Shown piece by piece: positions 22,247 through 32,346 of a DNA stretch of 64,000 nucleotides; position 1 is the first letter of the stretch, and each line of letters starts with the position of its first letter. Under the pieces are notes generated by a model. That model ran no database searches. It had not been told where the DNA came from and was given only the letters and a program-made list of their open reading frames with translations. Location of the stretch: NCBI GenBank assembly GCA_918797485.1, contig CAKKNE010000003.1, positions 5,022,001-5,086,000 on the forward strand, given 5' to 3'. A program made the position numbers and the translations under genes. Source of the DNA: Pelagomonas calceolata. Its lineage: Eukaryota.

Positions 22247-25200
22247 TCACTCGTCCGCCGAGGCGAGGCGCGCTCGGAGGCGGATGATCTCGGCGGGCGC
22301 CGGCGGCGCGAAGGCGGGGTCGTTGAGGAGGCCGGCGACGGCGGTCCAGCCGCGCGCCGCGCGCGGCCGGCCGTCGACGAAGGCGGGCGCGGCTTTGACG
22401 TTCCGGCCGGCGGCGCCGAGGGGCTGGAGCGTCACGAGGCAGGGCTCGTCGGGGCCCGGGCGGCCGACGACCGCCGCCGGCGCGGCGCAGCACCCGCCGC
22501 CCGGCGCGGGCGCCGCGCCGACGGCGACGACACCGTCGCCGCGCGCGACGCGGTGGCGGACCGCGCGCGACGCCGCGGCGACGACGAGGACGCGGCCGCG
22601 GTGCGTGACGAGCGCGGTCGCGGCCGTCCTCTTCCGGCCGCCGAAGAGCGAGGGCTTCTCGAGGAGGGAGACGTCGGCCGCGGACACGAGGAATTCGTCG
22701 CCGCGGAGCGCGGCGCGCCACGGCGCGGTCGCCGCCGCGCAGGCCGCAAAGGCCTGCGAGGCCGCGCGGCGGCGCTGCTCGGCGCCCAGGAGCGTCGCGA
22801 GCTCTGCCGTCGCGGCGAGCACGGCCGCCGCCTCGTCGCGGAACGCCCGCGCCGCGCGGTCGAGCGCCGCGACCGCGCCGTCGACGCGGCGCGCGGCGTC
22901 GACCGCCGCCTCGCCGGCGAGCGCCGCCTCGGCGAGCGTCGCGCGCGCGCGCGCCGCCTCGCCCTCGGCGTCGGCGAGCGCGCGGTCGGCGTCGTCCTCG
23001 AGCGCCGCGACCGCCCCGTGCGGGTGGTCCGCCCAGCCGACGAGCCGGCGCGCGGCGGCGCGGCCCTCGTCGACCGCCGCGCGCGCGCGCGGGACCGCCA
23101 GGCGCGCGCGGTCGACCGCCGCCGCCAGCGCGGCGCGCGCGACGTCGCGCCGCACGAGCTGGCCGCGGCGCCGCGCGCCGAGGGCCGTCGCGACGCGCGC
23201 GGCCGCCGCCTCGGCCGCGGCGACGCGGCGGCCCTCGGCGACGAGCGCCGCCCACGCGCGCCGCGAGGCGGCGTCGCGGTCGCGGTCGGCGGCGCGGAGC
23301 GCGGCCAGGCTGCCCTTCTTGAGGTAGACGAGGCCGCTGGCGGCGCCGACGCACCACGGGCCGTCCGGCGCGGCGTCGGTCGCCGCGGGCCCGAGGCGCG
23401 CCGCGGCGAGCGCGCGCGCCGCGGCCGCCGCGAGCGCGTCGGCGGCGTCGGGCAGCGCGAGCGGCTCGGGCGCGCGGAACGCGACGTCGTCGAGGCCCCG
23501 GCCGCGGGCGACGGCCGCGGCGCGGCGCGCGCGCGCGCCGCGCGCGGCGGCGCGCGCCTCGAGCAGGGCCCCGGCGCCGCCCGCGGCCGCCAGCGCGGCG
23601 TCGAGCGCGCGCGCCTCGGCCGCGTCGGCGCGCGGCGCGAACTCCTCGGCGAAGGCCTTCGCGGACACGCGCTCGGGGAAGCCGAGCGCGCGGATCTTGA
23701 CGAGGTCCATGATGCCGGACGCGCGGAGCTGGCGCAGCACGAGCGCGGCGTCGAAGCGGTCGGCGCGCTTGGCCGCGTTCGGGCGGACGCACCGGACGTA
23801 GTGCGCCGGCTGCGCGCAGCTCGCGAGCGTCGCTTCGAGCTGCTTCATCTGGCCGCGGAAGACGCGGCTCGTGCTCTCGCGCAGCTGCGGGAGGGCCTTG
23901 CGCGGCGCGGCGGCCGCCAGCGTCGCGACGACGGCGTGCGACGCGGCGGACGCGCGCGCCACGTCGCGCAGCGACGGCAGGCCGCCCGGCGCGGCCTTGT
24001 CGCCGGACGACGCGCCGGCCACGAGCGCCGCGACGCCCGGGTTGGCGCTCCGCGCGAAGACGGCGGCGACGTCGGCCGGGAGCGGGTCCGAGTTCGACAA
24101 GAGGAACCCGGCGGGGTCGTACGTCACGGCGCCCGCGTAGTGCGCGACGACGAACGCGTTCCGGTCGAGGCGCGGCTTGGCGTAGACGCCCGAGGCGCGG
24201 TGCGCCTTGTCGGCCTGCGTGAGGAACGCGGCGTCCGAGCCGCGGTTCCCGAGCTTGACCTGCTCGTCGAGCAGCGGCAGCAGGCCCCGGGGCGCCTTGG
24301 TGACGAGGTCGACGATCGCCGAGGACTTGAGCGTGCGCGCGAGGTCCAGCGACGCCCACGGCACGGCGTCGGCGTCGTAGCGCGCGGCCTCGGCGGCCAG
24401 GAGGCAGTCGTCGAAGTTGCGCTGGAGCACCTCGTTGGCGAAGTTGATCAGCAGCTGGTCGAGGCCGTTGGCCGCGAAGATCTCGAAGCCGTAGATGTCG
24501 AGGATGCCCACGAACGCCGCCGTCCCCGGCGGCGGCGGCGGCGCCGCGCCCGCGGCGCCCGCGGCGCCCGCGGCGCCCGGCGGGCGGCAGTCCGCGAGCG
24601 GCCGGGCCAGGGCCGCGTTGACGCCGGCGACGGCCGCGGAGAAGAGCGCCGCGTAGAGCGCCTTGGCGAGCGCGTCGACGACGCGCGTCCGCTCGACGGG
24701 CTCGTACGGCACGCCGACGTCGGCGTCGCCGACGCCCGCGCCGGCGCACGTCCGCTGCGCGAGGGCGCGCCGGAGCGCGCCGGGCTCCACCGAGAGGCGC
24801 CGCGCCGCGCCGTCGACGTCGTCGTCGCCGAGGCGGAGCACGGCCTCGCCCACGGTCCGGAGCAGCTTGAGGTCGTCCCAGGGCACGCCGCAGTCGCGGA
24901 AGCTCTGCTCGGTCGCCGCGAGCGCGTCCGCGTCGCCGGCGGCGAGCGTCGCCGGCGGCGCGTACGTCGCGCCGGCGCCCGCGGCCGCCGCCAGCTGGCA
25001 GAGGAAGTGGTAGTTGCGTTCGCCGGCGCCGCGCGCGCGCCGCGCGACGCGCGCCTTCTCCAGCAGGAACTCCTCGACGTGCGCGCCGACGACGTCGCGC
25101 GCGCGGCCGGCGCCGTCGTACGTGAGCTTGACGAGCTTGCCGAAGCGCGACGAGTTCTCGTTGAGCGCCGTGCCGGCGTTGCCGAGCGCCTCGAGCGCCG

Positions 25201-25916
25201 GAATCGACGCCTTGAGGCGCGACAGGAGCTCCTCCTTGGCGAGCTCGCGGCGCTCGAAGCTCTTGCGGCCCGTGTCGTGGCTGCTCCGGCTGATGAGGAA
25301 CTCGATGATCTTCGTGGCCGAGACGGTCTTCCCCGCGCCCGACTCGCCGGAGATGACGACCGCCTGAGACCGACCCTCGTCCACCGCGCCGCGCATGGCG
25401 GCGAGCGCGACGTCGGTCACGTGCGGCCCGGGCTTCTCGGGCAGCACCCGGTTCGGGTTGACCGCCATGAGCACCGGGCCGACGCGCGTGTACGTCGTCT
25501 CCTGCTCGAAGCGCCGGCGGAGGCCGAGCACGAGCGGCGCCGCGTCGAGCGACCTGCGCGCGACTGGACCGGTGACCCCGGCAGTCTCTTCGCGAGCCGG
25601 CCCTCCCCCCGGAAGGCGCCGCGTCCCGCGCCGCGCGCGACGCGAGGTTCGACAGGTCCGCGCAGAGCGCCTCGTCCTCGAACGTCGCGTCGTAGTCCGT
25701 CAGCCGCGCCGCGTCGACCTCGAACGGCGCGCCCGCGCCGTCGTCGACGGTCGGCCGCGCCGCGCCGTCGCCATCGTCGCGCGCGACCGCGACGACCTCG
25801 ACGACGCGCCACAGCGTCTCGGGCTCGTCGGGGGTGTGCAGCCAGGCCCGGCGCCGGGCCGGCGCCTGCTTTCCTTGCGACGGCGAGCCCGTCTCGGGGG
25901 TCAGCTCGGGTCGCAT
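22247..25916 (-). CDS. myosin heavy chain (motor domain plus Ala-rich tail); intron 25554-25641
   Basis: YTRVGPVLMAVNP, ISGESGAGKT, LEALGNAGTALNENSSRFGK, ERNYHF, GILDIYGFE, LLINFANEVLQ, HYAGAVTY, HYVRCVRPN. Confidence 0.92.
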
Positions 25917-27089
25917 CTCTTTTTTGTCCGGGTCGGTTGGTTTTTCAGCTGGTGCCGTTCGTCTTAGCCGCTGGTGCGCGAGCAACAGACATGCGGCCTC
26001 AGCAGGCCTGGGCCGCCCCGCACGTTCGCCGCAATCTCACCGCGAAAAACGGATACACGGACGAAGTCGGCACAACGTGGAGAACTTAATTAAAACTCGC
26101 AGGGTTTAAAACCCGCTCCTCTCCGTCCAGTGGCGGGGTGGTCTCCCGAGACCTCCCTAGGCGCCCGCCCCCTAAGCCCGAATCGCCTATCGTCATTCTG
26201 GAAACGCAAGCCTCTCAGGCTTACGCGTCGCGCGTCGAGGGCCCCGGGCCAGCCTGGGAGTTCCCTCTCTGAGGCTCTCTCAAAGTCCCCCCCCGCAGGA
26301 TCTAGGAGAGGCTCTTCGTTATCGAGGTACGACCTCATCAAGTACCTCATCCCGGCCTGGTGACCGCCGCCCCCTCGCGGCGCCTCGCGCGACCCGTAAA
26401 TTTTTATCGTTGATGATTTTTTACGCCTGTTTTGCCCATTGAGGTCACCTGTCCTGTGAGCGTAGCGAAGGCAGGACGGACTGGCCTCTGAGTGGGCAAA
26501 AGAGGTGTAAAAAATCACTCAACTTATATCATCATCGGTCAAACAGGCCCTCTGACGCCGTAAAATTTTGAAAAAGACCATCATGGCCGCGGTGGCGCCG
26601 GGCGCGGTCTCTCCAAGCGGAGTCGCCGCCGCAGCGCGCGCGGGTCGAACACGACCGGCCGCGCGCGCGGCCTGGACTAGCGGTGCGGCGCCGCCCTGTT
26701 CTTCTTGTCCTTGTTCAACGATTGGTGGTTAGCGAGAGGGGAAACCCACACGCGAGGCGGTGGCGAGCTCCTTTCTTTCGTTCACCTTTTTCGGCTCCGG
26801 CGTTGTGCGGCCGCTGCAGCCCGCGCCGCTGGACGGTCGGTAACGGCTAGTCTCGAGGTACTCCGGGAGCGCATGGACGCGATCGCCCGTGGTATCCACT
26901 CGGCCGTAATCCGCGAAGCCTCTGCGCTCGTCTTGAAGTCTTTCGCGCATCCTCCCCCTTTGCTCCTCCCCCTTTTGCTCTTGGGTTTTCGTCTGTCTAT
27001 GTTTAAGTAAATCTTTTTTTGCGTTCGAGCAGCTCTGCGGGCGCGTTTGCGCTGAGCACTGCTTTAGGAAGGCTTAAAACGGCCGCCCA

Positions 27090-27163
27090 GCATGCGTAGC
27101 TCAGTTGGTTAGAGCGTGGGTCTAATAAACCCAAGGTCGTGGGTTCGACCCCCTCCGAGAGTA
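27090..27163 (+). tRNA. tRNA-Ile(AAT), probably a pseudogene (broken acceptor stem)
   Basis: D arm TAGCTCAGTTGGTTAGAGC, anticodon arm TGGGT-CTAATAA-ACCCA, T loop GGTTCGACCC, downstream T-run. Acceptor GCATGCG/CGAGAGT has 2 mismatches and the T stem has a T-T mismatch. Confidence 0.75.
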
Positions 27164-27182
27164 TTATTATTTTTTTTTGTTT

Positions 27183-28908
27183 TTACCTGATATGTACCCT
27201 ACGACACGCAAGCCCAACGAGAACACCGCTCGCGAAGAAAAACAGGAAGCCTGCGGCGGCGGTGGGCGGCGGTGGCGGCGGCGGACCGGACTCCGGCGGC
27301 CGCGACGCGACGACCGGGCCGGCGGCGACCGGGTCGTTGGCATCGGCGACGAGCGCGGCGAACGGCGAGCCGCGGAGCGTGTCGGCGACGGCGGGCCAGT
27401 TGGCCACGTAGGTCGAGGGGTGCCCGGCGTGCGCGCGATTGCGCCTGCGCACGCGCCGGCCGTAAAAGAAGAAGAAGAAATGCTCCGCGACGACGCGGCG
27501 CCGCGCGGGGGCCGCTTCCGGGCGTCGACGGCGCAGTCGCCGACGCGCAGAAAGTCCTCGAGTCGCCGGAACTGCGCGGCCGCGCCGGCGCCGACGAGGT
27601 CCTCGTAGGCCAGGAGCAGCGAGGCGACGCCGCGCGCCGCCGCGCGGCGGTGGAGCGCGCGAAGGGCCTCGAGGCGTCGCCTGCGCGCGCAAAAGTGGGG
27701 CGACGCGCAACTTAGTTGAGGTGCCGCGCGGCGCGGCGCCGCTCTTCGCGCAAGAGGTCGAGGAGGCGTCGGCCGGTCGGGAGCGTCACGGGCCGGGATC
27801 CGTTCGCCTGCGCGCGCCGCTGAGCGGGCGCGCCCCCGGACGCTGCCATCCAGGCGACGGACGCGGCCGCGCGCGTGGCGTTTGGAGACGGTGAGGCGCA
27901 GGACGTCCGCGCGCCCCACGACGACGAGCCGGACGCCGCGCGCGGCGGCAAGCCGCGCGAACCACGCGTCGAACGCCTCGGCGACGCGTTGCGAGAGCAT
28001 CCACCGGAAGCCGACCGCGCGCGCTTGTCCGTCGCCACGACCGTTGACCTGCGTCGGGGCGGCGCGCTATCGCCACCCCGAGTATAAAAATGACGACGAC
28101 GCGGGTCCGCGACCGCCTCGACCCACTGCGCAAACTTCGGCGACGCCTCGTCGACGGCGCCGGCGCCGGAGAAGAGCGCGGCGAGCGCCCGGCGCTGCGC
28201 CCGCGCGGTCCAGTGGAACGCGTCGCGCGCCGCGAAGAACTCGCCTCCCGCCGTCACGCATTGCCGCGCCGCGAGTTCCGCCGCGATCCAGCGCGCGCCG
28301 GCGTGCTGTGTCGACACGACAACGAAGTAATTGTTTGACAGCGACGGCGACGACGACGCGTTCGGCGGCGCGAAAATCCCGTCGTCGAGGTCGTCGTCGA
28401 CGATCTCCGCCCGCGCCTCTGGGAGCACGCACGCGACGTCGCCCGGTTGTTCGCAGCGCCGTCGACTCCGGACCTGCGCGAATCGCCCGTCCCGCGCCTG
28501 CGCCCGCGCGTGGGGGGGACGCCGCTCCGCGACGATGCTGGACTTGCAGCAGACGCCGCTCGCGTTGGCGGGCCGGCCGCAGCCGCGGCCGCCGCAGGTC
28601 GCGCAGGTCGCCGCGCAGCACACGCCTCGCCGCGCGAGCCCCGTCGCGCACAGGCCGCCGCCGGTCCGCAGCATGTCCGCCTCCGCCGTCACGTTGGCCA
28701 GCGGGGGGTAGGCCGCCAGCAGGCTGGAGACAGCGTCGGTGTTTTTTTCCGAGGGCGTTTTTTGGCGGCCGCGAGCACGACGCCACGGCAGGTTCTGCGC
28801 GCTCCTCGGGTGGACGAGGAGGGGGCTCACGCTGAACACAGGATGCGCCATCGAACACAGAGCCAAGACGCTGATTCGTGCGCCGGTCGGCGGTCCGGCG
28901 TTAGACAT
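27183..28908 (-). CDS. sulfotransferase-like (Stf0-type) membrane protein, several introns (e.g. 28049-28113)
   Basis: FVVVSTQHAGARWIAAEL, AVGFRWMLSQ, LLLAYEDLV..QFRRLEDFLRV, YVANWPAV, C-terminal TM helix; exact exon structure and start uncertain. Confidence 0.6.
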
Positions 28909-28962
28909 TGCGCGTAGTTTTGGGGCACAATAGGCTGCCCAAAAATGGTCTCTGGCCAGGGG

Positions 28963-29387
28963 CTGCTAGTAGTGTCTTTACTAGCTTGTACATATTATGC
29001 CGGGCGGGGAGTTTAAGACAAAGCTAAAGATAAATCACTTGCGATCGAGCCCCGGGCCTCCTGAGCTCGCGGGTTTCTACGTCGACAGCCATTTTGGGCG
29101 GCTCAATTTTTTATTTAATAGCTATAGTCAATTCGGGTTTGGGAGGCGCGCGCCTAGGGAGGGGTGTCGGGGGGGCTATCCCCCGCGAGTGTGTACGTAA
29201 GCTTGCTGCCGGTCGTAGAAGCGTGCGTCGTCGTCGCCGTGCCCGGGCGCGTTGGTGAAGTCCGGGTTCCCGCCGACGAGCCGGGGGCCGTCGATCTTGA
29301 TCCGGGCGTACTCGAGCGCCGTCTTGATGCCCCAGCGGCGGTAAAGGCGGTTCTTGAGCAGGGCGGCCGCATGCCGGTGGCTACGAA

Positions 29388-29435
<48 letters not shown>

Positions 29436-29515
29436 ATTAAGGAAGACCTAAAAAAAGGAACAAGCTCCTAAGAGCCTTCTCCCTGCTCGGTCGGGATACC
29501 CAACCGGAGCTTCAT
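28963..29515 (-). mobile_element. promoter stack: motif G, family E (29010-29095), family C (29121-29369), family D with (TTTA)n tail (29388-29515)
   Basis: Matches to 13069-13501, 20578-20648 and 31095-31179; about 12 AAAT units at 29390-29437. Confidence 0.8.
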
Positions 29516-29746
29516 TCAATTGAATTTAGGGTTTTGCGGCGATAGCTCGCTCCTAGATAAAATAAATAGTTGACAGACTGCCGACAAGGCGAAATAATCT
29601 GTTTATTCATCTACTTCTAGCACTCCAGACTCCGAGATGCGATGAGCACAGCGGTAGCCCGGGGCCCGGCCGCGCGGCACCGGCCAAGCGCGGCGCCGGT
29701 CAATTCAACACACACGTGCGCGCCGTCCGTCGGCGAACGGTCGCCG

Positions 29747-30790
29747 CTAGGAAAAGAAATCGGGCCCGTCGTCGTCGTAGTCGTCGTCGAGGTCCTCGTA
29801 GAGGGTGTCGACGGGCGGCGCCTCGGTCTCCAGGAGAACCTCGAGCTCGGGCAACGGGTCGAAGTCGACGTCGGCGAAGAGCTTCCGCACGTTGGCGAGC
29901 CGGAGCTCGTCGAGGTCGCGGACGACGAGGTCGGCGACGCGGAGCTCGTAGGCCGGGTGCGCGCCGACGACGCCGACGGCGCGCATCTCGGCCTCGTGGG
30001 CCGCGATGAGGTCGTCGACCGAGTCGGAGAAGACGACGACGCGGCTGGGCTGGCGGCCGAGCTCCACGGCGGCGTGGAGGAACGCCTGCTGCGCGCGGTC
30101 GCGGTCGTCTTCGGCGCACACGACGCGCCCGTCGAAGTAGTCCGTCAGGTTGAGCCGGCCCAGGCAGGCGTCGAGCAGCTTCCGCGGGAGGCGCGACACC
30201 GCGCAGCACGGCACGTTGCCGCTTCGCAGGTCGCGGAGCCACGGTTCGACGCCCGCGCGCGGCGCCGGCTCGAGCTCGTCGCCCAGCTCGGCGACGAGCT
30301 CGCCGTACCGTTCGGCGGCCGCGCGCGCGGCGCCCCAGTCGCGCGTCCACCGAAAGACCGAGTCGACGGCGACCTCGGTCCGCACGCCCGCCCGGAGCAC
30401 GTAGTCGACGTCGCGCGCCGACGGCGGCGCGTAGTCGAACTCGGCGGCGACGGCCGTCCACGCGTCCACGAACGCCGGCAGCACCTCGACGTCGGCGACG
30501 ACGCCCTCGAGGCGAAAAACGGCGCCGAACGCGCTCTCGGGGCTCCGCTCGTAGAGCCGCTTCTGCAGGTAGTCCGGCTCGAAGAGGTCCTGGACCTCGT
30601 CGACCGAAAGCTCCGGCGCCGCCTTGAGGGTGGCGACGCGTCGACGCCGCCACGCCGCCTCGTACGTCTCTCCGTCGTCGTCGTCGTCGTACGAGGCGGC
30701 GCGGCGGGCTGTAGCGGCTGGCGGGCTGTAGCGGCGCCGCGGCGCGGTCCGCGGCGCGAGCATGACGGCCAGGACCGGCGCGACGCGCAT
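29747..30790 (-). CDS. HAD-superfamily phosphatase (beta-PGM/PyrP2-like), probably plastid-targeted
   Basis: FGAVFRLEGVVAD, PRAGVEPWLRDL, VPCCAVSRLPR, FLHAAVELGRQPSRVVVFSDS..AAHEAEMRAVGV..YELRVADLVV. Confidence 0.75.
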   Translation of the reverse strand: MRVAPVLAVMLAPRTAPRRRYSPPAATARRAASYDDDDDGETYEAAWRRRRVATLKAAPELSVDEVQDLFEPDYLQKRLYERSPESAFGAVFRLEGVVADVEVLPAFVDAWTAVAAEFDYAPPSARDVDYVLRAGVRTEVAVDSVFRWTRDWGAARAAAERYGELVAELGDELEPAPRAGVEPWLRDLRSGNVPCCAVSRLPRKLLDACLGRLNLTDYFDGRVVCAEDDRDRAQQAFLHAAVELGRQPSRVVVFSDSVDDLIAAHEAEMRAVGVVGAHPAYELRVADLVVRDLDELRLANVRKLFADVDFDPLPELEVLLETEAPPVDTLYEDLDDDYDDDGPDFFS

Positions 30791-31179
30791 AGTTGTATAG
30801 GCTCAAGCCCGCGCCCAGTGCAGGTGTGCTGCTCTATAAGCACGTTTTGCCAAGGACCTAGGCCTGTGCTTAGCTCTAGGGATGCCTAGTGTGTCTTACG
30901 GGCCGCTAGCTCGTTTGCGGCGCGGGAGGGGTATCGGGGGAGCTATCCCCCGCGAGCGTGGAGGTAAGCTTGCTGTCGGGCGTAGAAGCTTGCTGTCGGG
31001 CGTAGAAGCTTGCTGTCGCCGGCGTGTTGGTGAAGTCCGGGTTGCCGCCGTCGATCTTGATCCGTACTCGCGCAGCCTAGCTCTAAGCAAAAGCAAATAA
31101 ATAAATAAATTAATTAAGGAAGACCTAAAAAAAGGAACGAGCTCGTAAGAGCCTTCTCCCTGCTCGGTCAGGATGCCCA

Positions 31180-32159
31180 TGCGATGCATAGGGAAATAGA
31201 GTGTGTAGCTCCGGACTTCCCCGGCAGCGTAGTCACGGTGTAGTCGTCTAACGAAATAGTTTCTCCCATGTTTGATGGGGTATGTGACGGGGAATTGCGT
31301 CCGTCAATAAAAGGTGACTCAGGATGATAATAGTTAGGAGTGAGAGGCGACTTCCCCCTACTAAGGGGATATCGGAGTACCCTAGGATGGGAAGTAGCCT
31401 AGGCGGGTAATACAAGTACGGGTTGTGCTTGGATACGTCTCAGTTGAACCTTGGGATCCTACTAGATGTGTATTTCCATTGCACTCCCCCATTGTCGTGA
31501 TCGTGATCAGATTGCGATAATCATGAAATCGCGGCAAGGAGGATAACATTTAAGTTTAACATTTCAATAAGGTGGATCATCCTGATGGTACCGCAGTACC
31601 GACAGTTATTCAATTAGTAGTTGGTCATTTAGTGCTTGTTCATTTAGTGGTGTGGTTGTTTTGTGCGTTTAGTTGTTTTTGTTTTAGGCGACTTCCCCCT
31701 ACTAAGGGGATATCGGAGTACCCTAGGATGGGAAGTAGCCTAGGCGGGTAATACAAGTACGGGTTGTGCTTGGATACGTCTCAGTTGAACCTTGGGATCC
31801 TACTAGATGTGTATTTCCATTGCACTCCCCCATTGTCGTGATCGTGATCAGATTGCGATAATCATGAAATCGCGGCAAGGAGGATAACATTTAAGTTTAA
31901 CATTTCAATAAGGTGGATCATCCTGATGGTACCGCAGTACCGACAGTTATTCAGTGTGGTTGGTCAGTGCTTGTTCATTTAGTGGTGTGGTTGTTTTGTG
32001 CGTTTAGTTGTTTTTGTTTTAGGCGACTTCCCCCTACTAAGGGGATATCGGAGTACCCTAGGATGGGAAGTAGCCTAGGCGGGTAATACAAGTACGGGTT
32101 GTGCTTGGATACGTCTCAGTTGAACCTTGGGATCCTACTAGATGTGTATTTCCATTGCA
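31180..32159 (-). mobile_element. Copia-like LTR retrotransposon remnant: one complete ~300-bp LTR plus two tandem ~340-bp duplications; 5-bp TSD GCCCA
   Basis: Units start at 31345, 31686 and 32021. On the minus strand a PPT (AATGGGGGAG) directly precedes TGCAATGGAAATA and the LTR ends TATTTCCCTATGCA. GCCCA flanks both sides (31175-31179, 32160-32164). A related LTR start lies at 62279-62347. Confidence 0.75.
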
Positions 32160-32346
32160 GCCCAGTGGGTCCGGTTATTTAATATTAAATAATTATCCTA
32201 AGTGAAAGTGCCACATAACACTTCACATAACATGACCCGTCGACGGGATATAAGTACTAAGGAAGACCTACTTGGGTAAAAATGCAAAGGCCGCCGCGGC
32301 TTGGACTCTAAGGCACACTAAAACACAAGACACACGCGGTCGCCCA

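Noticed and set aside
13595..26089. Very long Arg/Ala/Gly-rich overlapping ORFs (e.g. 16241-20533 +, 22553-26089 +)
   Set aside because: Shadow frames of hyper-GC genes with few stop codons; no motifs.
26090..27060. Possible piggyBac remnant suggested by TTAA sites
   Set aside because: No paired TIRs or transposase motif recognised.
31345..32159. AT-rich tandem repeat as centromeric satellite
   Set aside because: Only 2.4 units, and better explained by LTR termini, PPT and TSD.
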